Positions 18,713-26,878 of a stretch of 38,931 nucleotides of DNA are shown here, one piece after another. Origin of the DNA: a virus. Its lineage: Duplodnaviria > Caudoviricetes. Position 1 is the first letter of the stretch, and each line of letters opens with the position of its first letter. A program made the translations under genes and the position numbers. The DNA is taken from IMG/VR virus record IMGVR_UViG_3300037422_000656, positions 1-38,931 of that record, one strand, 5' to 3'. Below the pieces are notes generated by a model, which was not told the origin of the DNA, did not search any database, and saw nothing but the letters and a program-made list of their open reading frames with translations.

Positions 18713-19171
18713 ATGCTCCACGTCTCGCGCTGCGTCATGCGGGTTCAAGGATCGGGTTTCGTCGCCGACCTTGTCCTCTCCTACCCGGCAGTGATTGACA
18801 TCAACCGACGCTTCGAGTTCGCGCTTGGCCTGAATTGGTCTGGGGTGATGTGCCGTATCATCGATCGCGGCTGGACGTTCGGCCTTGTCCCCCAATTCCC
18901 GTCTCGTCGGGCACCGGCAAGACGACACCGTTCGCTGCTGACAGCCGGGACGATACGGGACTTCTTTGGTTCTGAGCCTCTGGCGAAACCCGGCCGCATC
19001 CGGCGGCCGCGATGGTGGCGCAGTCCGACGCTGTTTCTCTGGTTGGGCGATGCTTATATGTGGGGTTTGTTCGAGGGATGGTCGGGGTTGGAGATCCGGA
19101 CGGTGCCGGACAATGACAGTCGGCCGGAAGATGACCGTCTCGGCGATGACCCACCAAAACCGGCGTTATAG
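18713..19171 (+). CDS. Hypothetical protein, paralog of 19324..19545, possibly degenerate with read-through
   Basis: MRVQGSGFVADL..GLNWSGV..DRGW..RRAPARR aligns with the 73-aa ORF. Confidence 0.4.
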   Translation: MLHVSRCVMRVQGSGFVADLVLSYPAVIDINRRFEFALGLNWSGVMCRIIDRGWTFGLVPQFPSRRAPARRHRSLLTAGTIRDFFGSEPLAKPGRIRRPRWWRSPTLFLWLGDAYMWGLFEGWSGLEIRTVPDNDSRPEDDRLGDDPPKPAL

Positions 19172-19323
19172 TGGCCAATGACCGCTCCAATCGCGTACGC
19201 ACCGCCGCGAGGTCGGCGAGCGACACCGGCACCAAACCCACCATCAAGCCCAGCCGCCCAACATTCTCCACATGCTCCCGGCACAGGCTGTATCCGGTCC
19301 ATATCCTGCAACAGGAGTCAAAC

Positions 19324-19545
19324 ATGAAGAACTGGGTTATCCGGGTTGAAGGACCCGATTTTGTCGCCGATCTCTTCATCTCGGACTATCTCGTGGTCAA
19401 TGCGGAGCCCCGCCTCGCGTTCACCATCGGCCAGGATTGGTCCGACGTGCAACGCGACCTGCTCGACCGCGGCTGGTCGATCGAAACCGTCACTCCCCCT
19501 CCGCCTCGTCGGGCACCAGCAAGACGAGGCCGCTCGCGGTCATGA
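19324..19545 (+). CDS. Small hypothetical protein convergent with the ART gene (candidate immunity/antitoxin)
   Basis: AGGAG RBS, MKNWVIRVEGPDFVADLF.., paralog at 18713. Confidence 0.6.
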   Translation: MKNWVIRVEGPDFVADLFISDYLVVNAEPRLAFTIGQDWSDVQRDLLDRGWSIETVTPPPPRRAPARRGRSRS

Positions 19546-20515
19546 CGGGTATGATGCCCGCCATCAGATTCGAACTGTTGGCCTTCTTGGGATCGAAGGT
19601 GGCGAAGATCGACCGGAAATCTTTGCCCGCGAAGGTGGCGTAGACCGTCGTCGGGGTCATGGGGTCACCGAGCGCCGTTGGAAGCTCGAAGTGGCCAGGG
19701 TCAACAAAGTTGCGGAACGCGACGCCGGGTCGCCCTTCCCGTCTTGCCTCTGCCAGCGCGGAGCGAACGATAGCCGTCGTGTATCGTTGCCCGCCCATGT
19801 CCTTGACGAGGTACTTCTCCTTGTGGCGCAAGAACAGCGGCATCACGTTCGCGCCTTCGCGGTATTCGCGGGCTAGGCCACCCGACGTTCTGTTGTACCT
19901 GCCGGGCAGGTAGCTATCGGCGACTGCCGGCTTCGTCGTGCTAAAGAACGCCGGTTCGCTAAGAGCGCCTGTCGCGCCTCCAAAGAAGCGCTTTCGAAAT
20001 GCCGGGAAGTCCGCGCCCGTGGCATGATAGACGACCTCATCCACATCCCACCCAAGCTTCTTCGCGCGAGCCATCCGTGAGGCTTGGTCCATCGCCAGCT
20101 TGCCGCCGCGCCGACCCAACCCGCCGACACCCGGCGCCATGCCGGCGGCGGCCAGCACAAGCGCGCCGCCGGCCAGCGCCATACCCTTGGCGTCGCCGGC
20201 GTCTCTCGCTTGCAACAGCGCGCCCAGGGCGTGGACCGCGTCGCGCGTCGCGGCGGCCGGTGACAGCTCCATCAAAGCCTCGAACAGGCGGACGTCGTTT
20301 TCGCGCATGTGGGGCGGAAAGACCGCGGCGTTTCCCGGCTCGACCTCGCGTACCGGTTCGAGACCCAACGCTTTGGCCGTCGCGTTGTCTCGCCGGGCTC
20401 GCTTGTGGCGCTTGAGGTCCTCGACCGGGTCGCGCCCCGGCGTCACCGGCGGGAGCTCGACCGGCTCGAGCGGTTCCGTCACCTCGGGCGCCGGAGTGCC
20501 CCACTTGCCCGGCAT
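19490..20515 (-). CDS. ADP-ribosyltransferase-domain protein (ART-PolyVal-like)
   Basis: VVYHAT..FPAF..FFST..VADSY..NVMPLFL..GRPGVAFRNFVD..YATF..FRSIFATFDP pattern, preceded by a hydrophobic AAAGMAPGVGG segment. Confidence 0.7.
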   Translation of the reverse strand: MPGKWGTPAPEVTEPLEPVELPPVTPGRDPVEDLKRHKRARRDNATAKALGLEPVREVEPGNAAVFPPHMRENDVRLFEALMELSPAAATRDAVHALGALLQARDAGDAKGMALAGGALVLAAAGMAPGVGGLGRRGGKLAMDQASRMARAKKLGWDVDEVVYHATGADFPAFRKRFFGGATGALSEPAFFSTTKPAVADSYLPGRYNRTSGGLAREYREGANVMPLFLRHKEKYLVKDMGGQRYTTAIVRSALAEARREGRPGVAFRNFVDPGHFELPTALGDPMTPTTVYATFAGKDFRSIFATFDPKKANSSNLMAGIIPVMTASGLVLLVPDEAEGE

Positions 20516-20562
20516 CGCTTGGCCCCCATTCTCAGGCCAGTCGTTTGTCAGTTAATGCCCCG

Positions 20563-22134
20563 CTATCGATGCCCGAGATGGCGTTTCGCCGCGGCATACC
20601 CGACATTCACCACGGGCCCGCGGCCGTTGCCGATCGTCCACTCGATCAGCGCCTTTTCCGACGCCTTCTGGCCGTCGTGCCAGCACATCACCACGGCGTC
20701 GCCGCGGTCGGGCGAGCGGCCCAGCCGGGTCTTGATCTCGTCCTTGCTCTCGATCTGAAGGCCGCGCACCCCCAGCTCCCAGCGCGGCGCCGCCAGGTCA
20801 GCGGCCAGGCGCGGATCGTCGGGCAGAGCGATCGCGCTGCCCTCGCGCTGGTGCGGATCGAGCGCCTCGCGCAGGCGCCACCAGCTTTCGGCGCGACGGT
20901 TGACGAAGCCGAGCTTGCCGTCGCGCGTGCGGCGGTGCGATGGCTCGGCGCCGAGATGGCCCATGACGTCGATGCCGTTCTGCTTCAGGTGATCGAGCGG
21001 CGAGCCACCCCAGCCGCCGCCCATGTCGATGATCACCGGCGCGCCGTCGCGCAGCGCGCCGAACACCAGCGCCGCCACCGACGGCCCGTCCTTGGTGTCG
21101 ACGCCGGCCTTGGCGAGCAGCGGCGCGAACCAACCGCCATAGCGTGTCGCCAGCACCGTCTCGTCCCGCCCTCCCCGCGCCACGTCGACCGCCATCGCCG
21201 TCATCGGCACGTCGCGCGGCGGTCCCGGTATCCAGCGCCGCTGCGCCGCGCGGATCCAGTCCCACGGAATGACCTGCTTCTCGTCGTCGTCGCGCGCCGC
21301 CATGAAGTTGCCGTCGCGCACGGCCGAGCGGACCGGCTCGGGCAGCGCATCGAGCTCGCGCCGATAGCCGGTTTTGACGAGATACGGGTTGTCGCTCAGT
21401 CGCGCCGGAATGAAGGTCCGCGACTTTGGATAGAGCCACGCGCCATCGATCTCGACCGGGTCCGACCCGGAGACTTCCGCGTCCTTGCCGTCGGGGTCGG
21501 TGATGAACCAGCGCAGCTCGCCCGGCTTCGCCGGATGGGGATGCGTGACGTCGAGCCACGGCCGGAACATGCCGATCATCCAGTCGCCGTCGGCCGACAG
21601 CGGCGGGTTCGAGGCCAGCACGGTCCGGGTGCGCTGGCCGGGCTCGGTCGTGCGCACCCAACCCATCAGGAAGCGGACCTGCGCCTCGAGGAACTGCGCC
21701 GCCTCGTCCAGCGCCAGAAGATCGTGCGGCTGACCCTGCCAGCTCCGCTCGTCACCCAGGTATTGCGCCGACCCGAACTCGATCTGCCGGCCGTCGAGTG
21801 TGCGCAGGCGGGGCACCGGCTGCAGCGCAAAGCCATCGCGACCGCCGAGGGCGATGGCGCGTTCGGTCAGGGCGCGCAGCTCCTTGTGCATGCGCCGCAT
21901 GATCAGCGCGTGGCGATGCTCGGTCAGCGCCAACCCGATCAGCAGGTCGCTCTTGCCGCCGCCGGCCTGGCCGCCGTAGAGCAGCACATCGGCACGGCTG
22001 AGCAGCGCCTGCGTCTGCGGCCCTTCGTTCGGAATCCAGACCCGACGGCGGCTGACGTCGATGACCTGGCGGTCGACGTCGGCGCGGGCGTGCGCCGACA
22101 TCGCGGCGAGGCGGGCGAGCAGGTCATCGAGCAT
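20563..22134 (-). CDS. terL: Terminase large subunit, copy 2
   Basis: Walker A GGQAGGGKS, LLALDEA, LASNP, AVDVARGGRD, SPDRGDA. Start MLDDLL after a GGAG RBS. Confidence 0.92.
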   Translation of the reverse strand: MLDDLLARLAAMSAHARADVDRQVIDVSRRRVWIPNEGPQTQALLSRADVLLYGGQAGGGKSDLLIGLALTEHRHALIMRRMHKELRALTERAIALGGRDGFALQPVPRLRTLDGRQIEFGSAQYLGDERSWQGQPHDLLALDEAAQFLEAQVRFLMGWVRTTEPGQRTRTVLASNPPLSADGDWMIGMFRPWLDVTHPHPAKPGELRWFITDPDGKDAEVSGSDPVEIDGAWLYPKSRTFIPARLSDNPYLVKTGYRRELDALPEPVRSAVRDGNFMAARDDDEKQVIPWDWIRAAQRRWIPGPPRDVPMTAMAVDVARGGRDETVLATRYGGWFAPLLAKAGVDTKDGPSVAALVFGALRDGAPVIIDMGGGWGGSPLDHLKQNGIDVMGHLGAEPSHRRTRDGKLGFVNRRAESWWRLREALDPHQREGSAIALPDDPRLAADLAAPRWELGVRGLQIESKDEIKTRLGRSPDRGDAVVMCWHDGQKASEKALIEWTIGNGRGPVVNVGYAAAKRHLGHR

Positions 22135-22240
22135 CGCCGTCTCCAACCGGTTGATCGCGTGCCATAGGCCGCTTGATGGGCGTGCGCGCTCAAGCTGGTG
22201 TGTCGCAGCTTCCGCCACACCCATCACCGCCCTGCCGCGC

Positions 22241-22481
22241 GCACCGGGCGGTCGGCGAACGGCCCGAACTTGGGCGTCACGCTGGCGCGGCCGTTCAGCA
22301 GGCCGGTCCAGGAAGTGCGGACAACGAAGCGCTCGTTGTCCGCCAGCGAATGGGCGCCGCGCGTGGCCATCTTGGCGCTCCCCGGGCGTTGGCGAAGGCG
22401 GCCGACATCACCAGCCGGCCGGTGGGGAGAATCACGCCCAGCGCGACCTGCTCGGCGCCGGTGTCGGTCCAGGTGCCGTCC
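22241..22481 (-). pseudogene. Fragments: 3' end of the 17612..18058 gene and 5' ~40 codons of the 17240..17599 gene
   Basis: DGTWTDTGAEQVALGVILPTGRLVMSAAFANA with the stop lost, then MATRGAHSLADNERFVVRTSWTGLLNG..KFGPFADR, truncated. Confidence 0.8.
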
Positions 22482-22528
22482 ATGATGTCGCTGAAGCAGA
22501 TGGCTTTGCTCATGTCGTCTCCTGAACG

Positions 22529-22553
22529 AAAAAGCCCGCCGGCAAGGCGGGCT
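22529..22553 (-). terminator. Intrinsic terminator after the three-gene cassette
   Basis: Minus strand AGCCCGCC-TTGCC-GGCGGGCT-TTTT. Confidence 0.75.
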
Positions 22554-22638
22554 GACTAGGATCGGTCGATCAAGGTCGCGCGATTGTTTGCGTGCCAACA
22601 CGCTCCAGCCTAACTCGACAAAGTGCTCAAGCTAACTG

Positions 22639-23475
22639 TCACTGCGACAGCGGGTGTTGCGGCGTGTCGCGCAGGCTGATGTGGTCCGCATTCCAGCGTT
22701 TGAACTTCAACGATTGTGCGAAGGTCAACGCCTCATCCGCGATGAGCTGACAAAACAACAGCTCAATCTCTCGCCATACGTTTGTCGCACTGTCGAAACA
22801 GCGACTGCGAAACGCCGATTCAATCTGAGTGGCAGCCTCATATGCGGCGGCCTCAGCCGCTGTTGGATCGCTCGCCGTGTCGTACACAAGATATATTCCC
22901 AACGTGTATGGATCATCCGGCACGTTGTGCGATCGCTCCACACCTTCATCGACTTCGAAGAAGACGGCAAGCAACAGGTGGCCCGATCGGGTTAGGATTT
23001 TTTGCAAGCGGCCCGCAAGTCCAGTTTGAGCCAGGCGGTTTTCGAATTCATCGGGAAAGGCCGTCCGCCGGTAGCGTGCCGCGAGCCAGAGTTGAAGTCT
23101 GGTTCGATCGTCATCGAGCAGTGAAACGTCGTCCCGAGGCTGGTGGTTCGCCAATTCGGCCTTGGCCACCAGCCGCTTTCGACTGGCAACAAGCTCGATC
23201 CAAGTGACGTTTCCGCCCTCTTGAACTGCCAAGTGCAGCCTGCGCGGGTTCTTGGCGTGCGTGAAGTTGCCGTCTGATCGGTCAATGCGCCGTCCTGCGA
23301 TCACCTCTACATCAGGTTCGACTTCCGGCTCCTGGGCCAAATCGCAGTCATGGGAGATGACCATCACCACGAGGTCATTGGATTGGCCGAACTCGATCAA
23401 GCCGACGGCAGCTGCGGCGGAATCGTCCAGCATATGGCCTTGGCGCCACGGCGTAGACCGATTCCAGCCGACCAT
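22639..23475 (-). CDS. Hypothetical protein with WRQG and VISHDCDL motifs (candidate effector)
   Basis: 278-aa ORF, lower GC than the flanks, third gene of a tightly coupled operon. Confidence 0.75.
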   Translation of the reverse strand: MVGWNRSTPWRQGHMLDDSAAAAVGLIEFGQSNDLVVMVISHDCDLAQEPEVEPDVEVIAGRRIDRSDGNFTHAKNPRRLHLAVQEGGNVTWIELVASRKRLVAKAELANHQPRDDVSLLDDDRTRLQLWLAARYRRTAFPDEFENRLAQTGLAGRLQKILTRSGHLLLAVFFEVDEGVERSHNVPDDPYTLGIYLVYDTASDPTAAEAAAYEAATQIESAFRSRCFDSATNVWREIELLFCQLIADEALTFAQSLKFKRWNADHISLRDTPQHPLSQ

Positions 23476-23481
23476 CGCGGA

Positions 23482-24108
23482 TCACGACCTCTCATCAAGC
23501 ATTGGGACGCCCGCGTCATCATATTGATCGCGGGCTGGCCGCTCTCGATCCGCCCGCCGACTGTCCAGCTCTGCGCGCTGCACCAGCTCTCGCCTGACCA
23601 TATCGACAAGCTGCCGGGCAGCGACTTCGGCGGAACCGCCGTCACGGACAATCTCGAAGAGGTTCTTTCCGAACGCGATAGGTCGGCGCAGCATATGCGC
23701 GGTGGTCGTCAGGCCTTCGCGTGCGAAGACATCCGCCGCTCGCGCCAGGTCCACCAGGCGGGTGGCGTTGTCCGCAGCGATCGGTTTGCCCGCCTGCCAG
23801 TCGTAAATGGCTTGACGGGAAACACCAAGCGCCTTCGCAAGATCTGTTATCGCGGGCTGAAGGACGCTGCGAACTCGCGCCAGATTCTCCGCTGGCGTAG
23901 GAACGGAGGCGTCCTCGGGCGAGCGGGCTGTCGGGTCATAGTCTAAGTTGCGGTATCCTCTGATCCCGCGGGCTTTGAGGTATTCGTTGGTCGCCTCCCC
24001 GCCAGTCCCGGTCTCGTACCCGATAAGCGAGAGTGACATAGAGCGAACGATGTACGGGGTCGTTCGGGGTGAATCAGCCAGTGCAGTTGCGGGCATGGTC
24101 ACCTCCAT
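23482..24108 (-). CDS. XRE-type helix-turn-helix protein
   Basis: ITDLAKALGVSRQAIYDWQAG HTH. Start may be 24096 (GGAGG RBS). Confidence 0.8.
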   Translation of the reverse strand: MEVTMPATALADSPRTTPYIVRSMSLSLIGYETGTGGEATNEYLKARGIRGYRNLDYDPTARSPEDASVPTPAENLARVRSVLQPAITDLAKALGVSRQAIYDWQAGKPIAADNATRLVDLARAADVFAREGLTTTAHMLRRPIAFGKNLFEIVRDGGSAEVAARQLVDMVRRELVQRAELDSRRADRERPARDQYDDAGVPMLDERS

Positions 24109-24911
24109 ACGTTGAGGGCATGATCAGTGACAGTGGCGTGGAACGCGTCGACCACGGCATCATGGATAACGTCGAGGCGACGCCTCACGCGGGACATATC
24201 CAACGGCTCACGCTGATCGGTCCACCCATCCGTGTCCAACCTCGCATGGGGACCCTCAAGATTCCGAAATCGCTCGGCAACTCTCAGCGTCATGGGCGTC
24301 AGATCGGGTGGGAACGCTACCTTGCCTTTTTCGATACTTGCTCTTGAGCGGACATACGCGTCCTCTGTCTTGAGCAATGTCTCGGAAAACGCATGGATCA
24401 CCGCGGCGCCGAGCTTTCCGGTCAAACCCATGACCCCCGGCGCGAGGTATTCGGCGAGCTCCTCATTAGTCCTGGGAAAGACAGTGTCAAGATATCGCAG
24501 TCCGATTCGATCTACGTAAGTCAGATCGACGGCCTCGTGCACCGCTTCGAGTCCCTTCAAGAAGTCCGCCGAGAATGTCTCAAACACATCGTACTCGGTC
24601 GTTTGGAACGACAGGGCGTTCTGGTTGAGAACGAATCCAGATGTGAGCTCCATATTCGAGAACACGTACCGAGTTTCTTGAACAACAGGCATGTGCGCGG
24701 CCACTGCCTCGGTCGCGGCGGCGGGCGCGAGGTTCGCGGCGGCGGGGGCGAGGTTCAACGTCGTGAGAATCCCCTTCTGAAAGTCCGGGTAGCCATGTTT
24801 GCGCATCCGCTCCTGAATTTGAGGAGCGTAAGAGTCCAGGGCCAGGATCTGATTGAAGCGAGCCTGGACAATTGCGAAGTACACTGGCGCGAGCGCCATT
24901 TTCTGGCCCAT
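24099..24911 (-). CDS. TIGR04255-family protein
   Basis: APVYFAIVQARF, FQTTEYDVFETF, RIGLRYLD and LDTD motifs match my recollection of this family. Start MGQK after GAGGG. Confidence 0.75.
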   Translation of the reverse strand: MGQKMALAPVYFAIVQARFNQILALDSYAPQIQERMRKHGYPDFQKGILTTLNLAPAAANLAPAAATEAVAAHMPVVQETRYVFSNMELTSGFVLNQNALSFQTTEYDVFETFSADFLKGLEAVHEAVDLTYVDRIGLRYLDTVFPRTNEELAEYLAPGVMGLTGKLGAAVIHAFSETLLKTEDAYVRSRASIEKGKVAFPPDLTPMTLRVAERFRNLEGPHARLDTDGWTDQREPLDMSRVRRRLDVIHDAVVDAFHATVTDHALNVWR

Positions 24912-25151
24912 GCCGACCCTCATTGACTGACAAGTCACTTTACAGCCTTACAGATCACTTGACAGCTTGAGAAAGGTCCGTTTTCGAGAATCTGGCCCTC
25001 ATCGGCAGCCAGACAATAGACATACGAATTCTCATTATCTAATTGTTTTTAATAGATATTTTCCATGCCGTCATGCCGAACCGCATGTCAGCACGCGCGT
25101 CGACGTCGCGAAACCAGCGACTTGGCGCTGCGCGTGGCCATCTCGGCGCTC

Positions 25152-25590
25152 CTAGGCGTTGGCGAAGGCGGCCGACATCACCAGCCGGCCGGTGGGCAGG
25201 ATGACGCCCAGCGCCACCTGCTCGGTGCCGGTGTCGGTCCAGGTGCCGTCCCAGTCGCCGTCGGCCTCGGTGCTGGAGTGGAACAGCTTCTTGGCGACCA
25301 CCGCCAGCAGCGCGCCATCGGTGCCGATAGCGACGCCGGTGCTGCCTCCGGTCGTGGCGTAGGCCGTCGCGGTGGCGTCGGTGAACACCGCCAGCCAGAA
25401 GGGCGTGACGACATCGACGTCGCCGCCGTCGACCTTCTTGAACCGCAGGGTGATGGTGTGCACGTTGGCCACTTCGGCGCCGATCGCGATCGACACGTCG
25501 GCCGCCGGGTGGGTGATCTCCTTGCCGCTGGCGACCGGATCGCCCTTGCGCGACAGGCCGAGCAGCCTTCCGTGCGGCGGTATCAGGGAG
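25152..25590 (-). pseudogene. Second copy of the 17612..18058 gene, start codon lost
   Basis: Near-identical translation (HGRLLGLSRKG..MSAAFANA), but the MPDS start is replaced by unrelated sequence. Confidence 0.7.
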
Positions 25591-25737
25591 ATCCGCTCCG
25601 AGTGGCGAAGCCGAGCGACGATGAAGGGCGGCGTTCGCCACGCGGTTCCGCCGCGCCGTCCCGACTCCGATCGGAGCGGACCGCCGCCGCGCGCGACGTG
25701 GCGGCCGCGCGGTTGAGCGATCAGAGAGCGGCGGCGT

Positions 25738-26376
25738 CTAGGCTTTGGAGCGCCCCCCACGGTCCGCGGTGGGGACGTGCGCCGAATCTTCCGCGCCTTT
25801 GGCCTTGGACCGCGCCTCTTGCTCCGCGGCTCGGGCGCGCGCCGCCTCTTCCTCGGCCTTGGCGGCATCGGCCTTGGCGAGCAGGAAAGCCACCCGGCGC
25901 GCGACCTCGATCTCGTCGAGTGGCGCCGGCGGAAGGACGACGCCGTTGCGGCCGGTGTGCTCGTGCCGCCAGGTGTCGCGCCACAGATCGGGCCGGCGGT
26001 TCCTGAGCCAGAAGATGCAGGCGGTCGGGTGCGCCGGCACATGCACCTTGAACTTGGTGTGGACCGGCGCCGCGCCGTTGACGGGCACGACGACCCGCTC
26101 GGCTTCGTAGTCGTAGCCCATGGCGCGCCGGTACAGCGACTCGGTCACCTGGGTGTCGGCCCACAGCCGGCCCTGGTTCAGCGCCGCGGCGAAATCGGGA
26201 TAGCGACGCATCCATTTCTGGATCGCCGCCCGGGTGACGCCGAAGAAATCCGCCATCTGCTCCAGGGTGGCGCCCAGGCGGCCGAGCCGTTCGACGTTGG
26301 GCACGAACTCAGGCTTGTAGACCTTGACGCCCGACGGCTTGCCGTGGGGCGACTTCGTGGCGGGTGCACGCGGCAT
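25738..26376 (-). CDS. terS: Terminase small subunit
   Basis: YKPEF..LGATLEQMADFFGVTRAAIQKW HTH, VTESLYRRAMGY, ACIFWLRNRRPDLWRD. GGAG RBS. Confidence 0.85.
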   Translation of the reverse strand: MPRAPATKSPHGKPSGVKVYKPEFVPNVERLGRLGATLEQMADFFGVTRAAIQKWMRRYPDFAAALNQGRLWADTQVTESLYRRAMGYDYEAERVVVPVNGAAPVHTKFKVHVPAHPTACIFWLRNRRPDLWRDTWRHEHTGRNGVVLPPAPLDEIEVARRVAFLLAKADAAKAEEEAARARAAEQEARSKAKGAEDSAHVPTADRGGRSKA

Positions 26377-26397
26377 GGCGGCTCTCCGGAATGCGAA

Positions 26398-26476
26398 CGC
26401 CCGGCGCGGAGGGTCCGGCCGGGCGCAGTTCGACGTTTATGATAAACAGCTTACGCAAGGTGCTCCCGATAGTCAA
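26398..26476 (-). promoter_or_regulatory. Late promoter B: sigma70 promoter plus downstream hairpin, upstream of terS
   Basis: -35 TTGACT (26476-26471), 17-nt spacer, -10 TAAGCT (26453-26448), hairpin 26425-26398. Homologous to 18223..18301. Confidence 0.75.
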
Positions 26477-26746
26477 GAACAAAAAATAAAACATGATGTT
26501 GAATAAAAATACATACGTGTAATCTATATATTGTGTATTTGAATATCACAGTTTCAGTATTTGAAACCTTCAGTTCTTATTAAGGTATATTTGTAACGAT
26601 TTGAAAGGACAACATGTCGCGGCGCCGGTCAGACACCCGTTCGCGGCCCGCCGCCGCTCGCACGACGCGGCAGGCGGTCGAACGCGCCTCTGCCGGCGAC
26701 GTACAGGCGCCTCAGAGCCCGACCGAAAACCGCCCGCCCCTGTCGC

Positions 26747-26851
26747 CTTCATGGTGAGCTTGTCGAACCTTGAAGGCCTCGCACCGGCATTGGTGCGGCG
26801 CTTCATGGTTCGTCCCTCGACAAGCTCGGGATGAAGAGGCTCACCATGAAG
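26747..26851. repeat. REP-like palindromic element (GAGCTTGTCGAA type)
   Basis: Terminal inverted repeats CTTCATGGTGAGC / GCTCACCATGAAG with internal GAGCTTGTCGA / TCGACAAGCTC. Confidence 0.7.
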
Positions 26852-26878
26852 CGGTTTTCCGCATGCTCGGTCAGACCC

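Noticed and set aside
11624-22134. terL duplication as a simple assembly repeat artefact
   Set aside because: The copies differ by many synonymous changes and have different ends and flanks, which an exact mis-assembled repeat would not show.
17612-25590. Diversity-generating retroelement (TR/VR) suggested by repeated gene copies in a BPP-1-like element
   Set aside because: No reverse transcriptase in the window. In the stretches compared, differences between copies fall mainly at third codon positions and are not adenine-specific.
25152-26042. 296-aa ORF or terS-decoration fusion
   Set aside because: The N-terminal half overlaps terS out of frame and is R/P-rich. Only the last ~145 codons are homologous to a real gene.
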